From Conidiobolus incongruus B7586 (lineage: Eukaryota), in NCBI GenBank assembly GCA_000697335.1, contig JNEM01010315.1:1-41248 (forward strand): a DNA stretch of 41,248 nucleotides, written 5' to 3'. Below the pieces are notes generated by a model, which was given only the letters and a program-made list of their open reading frames with translations, did no database searches and was not told the DNA's origin. Made by a program: the position numbers and the translations under genes. Positions within the stretch are counted from its first letter, which is position 1. Every line of letters begins with the position of its first letter. Positions 38,659-41,248 of the stretch are shown one piece after another.

Positions 38659-39472
38659 TTACATAAGACTCCCAATGAACTATCAATTTAATTAAATCAA
38701 GAACAAATCAAATCTGTCTTTTCATAATACATTTAAATTTGATTTTTTCATTCAACCAAATTTTATATTATTTTCTCTATTTCTTATATAGTTAATATCA
38801 ATCCAACAATTTCAATAATCTCTTTTAAATTAATTTTACATTCTTTTTTTTATTCATCAATTTCCCTATATTCTTTAATTAAATATATTAAATAATATTA
38901 ATTTATATCATGTTAAAATGAAAATAGTATCAATTCCTTATTATTTGATAAACATAGCCAGAATTAATGGTATAAAATTTACTCTCGATATTAATATAGT
39001 AAATATTAACTATATTCTATATTTCTATTATTGAGTGTATTAAAACCAGTGCCAAATAATTTTAAAATTCAATTGATTAGGTAAATATCAAAATGACTTT
39101 GTTATTTATAATTGTTTCAGTATTTGTGTTTTTAAAATAAAATCCAAGTGGTATATGAATATGACAAATAAAATTCAGAAATTTTTAGGATCAAGGACAA
39201 GCCATAAGAGACAATAATATAATTAATTAAATAAAGTATTTGAAAAAGATTTAGTATTTCTAATAAAAGCATAAAAACTTTGTTTTAATATTATAATGTT
39301 AATTGAATCTTATATTTTAGTCAATAATAAGTTTATAAAATAAAAAAATTATAAGCATAAATATACCAAAATATAATTATTATAAATAATTTATCAATGA
39401 ATAATAATTTAAAAATTTCAATATTTATATTTATCTATAATATGAAAAATTATTAGAATTTCAAAATATATC

Positions 39473-41248
39473 TGTTAAGAGATTAATTCTTTAAATTCTT
39501 ATATATATTTCTATATAATTCAATTAACTACAAATTATATAATTAATTTATACTTTTATAACTAAATTAATTATATAAATAGCATAGAATTATTTAATAA
39601 ATTAAGTTCTTCTTTTCTTCTTAATTCTTACTATTTTTTATCTTTTTCACTATTTTTAAGATTGAAACTATATCTTATTAATATTATAGTATATTAACAC
39701 TACCTAATATAAATCTTAATATATTAGTGACTCATTTTAATTTAAAGTTTAATCAAACTCTGTTTATATTTATATATTACAACTATATTATAATACTATA
39801 TTTTATATTATATTACTCTTATATTAAAGTTTTCTTCTATACTATATTAATATTTTACCACTATGTTTATATAATAATAATAATAAAACTACTAAAAACT
39901 TATTAAAAATTAATAACTATTTATATTAAATTTATTTATTATTATTTTAAATTTTATTTAAAGTTTAATTTATTTAAATTTAATATTATATATTATAATA
40001 CCACTAAAAAAAGATACCCTTATATTATTTTAATAATGATAATAACTTAATTACTAAATAAATCTAAGAATTTAATTTTTAAAAGTTTGTTGCCTTTTAA
40101 GAAACTTATACTAAATAACTTTTAATTAAGAAAAATATAACTCAAAAAGTATAAATCTAATAAATTAATTATTTTATTATTATTAATAGATTAAATTATT
40201 TACTTAATATTTTTAAAGATAAATTAACTATTTATAATAATTTTAAAAACCTCTATAAACTTAAAAATTATTTTGAAAAATATAAAAAATTATTTTAATT
40301 TAATTCTTAATAAAGATTTAAAGAATATCTTTAAATTAACCATTTTTTTAGAAAAATTTATATATACATAATAGTTAACCTATTATAAGCTTAATCTTAA
40401 AGAATCTTCAAGAATATAACTTATTATAGAAATATAAACTTTAAATAATTAGAAAAAGCTTTTAAAAAATATTACTTAAAAAATTAAGTTTAATTAACAA
40501 GAAAAAAGCTTTCTTAACTTAAATAAAAAACTTCTATAAGATAATTAATTAAGAAATTTAATAAGACATATTTAAATATATTAAATATTACTAAAGAAAA
40601 ATAAATCTATAAATTATTATAATACTTTAATTTTTAAGTAAAACTTTAATTAGTTAATAAGAAATATTTTAATAATATGTTTTTTTTAACATTTATGTTA
40701 TAACAATAATAATTAATAATATTTTTTATTTTATAATTAAATTTTTTTATCTTAAGAATTAATCTTTTAAAACTTATTTTAACCCTTTTAAATCTTAAAA
40801 GATAAATGTTTTTATTTTAAAGCTTTATAAGAAAATCTTTAATAAAAAAGCTATAACTTATTTAAAAAAAATAAAAGTTATTACTATTATTAAAAAATTT
40901 AAATTAATTATAAAGTTGATAAATATCCTTTTAAAAAACAACATTTGCTTAATTCTCAACAATCTTAACTTACCAATCATAAATTAAGCTTAAATAATAT
41001 TTATAAAATTTTAGAATTATTTTTTTATAATTAGTTAATAAATTTTAATTTAATTTAAAAAAGTTCTAATAAATTAATGATTTTATAAATTAAATTTTAT
41101 GTACTATAGAGATTTAATTAATTAAACCATTAAAAACTAAAAATATTCTAATAACTAATTTATTTTATAATTTTTTACCTTTAATTATCATTTTATTGAT
41201 TATTCTAAGTAAATATTTTATAAATATATTTATTAATGTTTTAATTAA
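39473..41248 (+). mobile_element. Hypermutated Ty3/Gypsy retrotransposon relic (possible 5' LTR, gag, probable start of protease); runs off the window
   Basis: Translation through stops: YNNFKNLYKLKNYFE (about 40233), FLEKFIYT**LTYY (TAA TAG at 40369-40374 where gag has WW), FK*LEKAFKKYYLKN*V*LTRKKLS*LK*KTSIR*LIKKFNKTYLNILNITKEK*IYKLL (Retrotrans_gag pattern), and KCFYFKAL*E (zinc-knuckle-like, 40804). The left boundary (TGTTAAGA) is tentative. Confidence 0.75.

Overview
Very AT-rich eukaryotic DNA with many short (about 45-60 nt) spliceosomal introns. It looks like an early-diverging fungus, possibly Zoopagomycota/Entomophthorales-like (inference only). From left to right: three DD34D mariner copies around an intronless 7-TM gene; a secreted 626-aa protein with four degenerate helical repeats; UBC4; EXO1; COY1/CASP; a stand-alone voltage-sensor-domain gene; prefoldin-3; an Ariadne RBR ligase; an HD-domain (HDDC2-like) gene; four identical tRNA-Glu(TTC) genes; and an almost G/C-free Ty3/Gypsy gag relic at the right end. 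Three signals stand out. (1) The long transposon copies show repeat-restricted C:G->T:A hypermutation resembling RIP. (2) Two unrelated solo LTRs sit 8-10 bp upstream of two tRNA-Glu genes, which points to Pol III-targeted integration. (3) The secreted repeat protein has dibasic sites and terminal amphipathic peptides. Exon coordinates were read by eye and no database searches were run.
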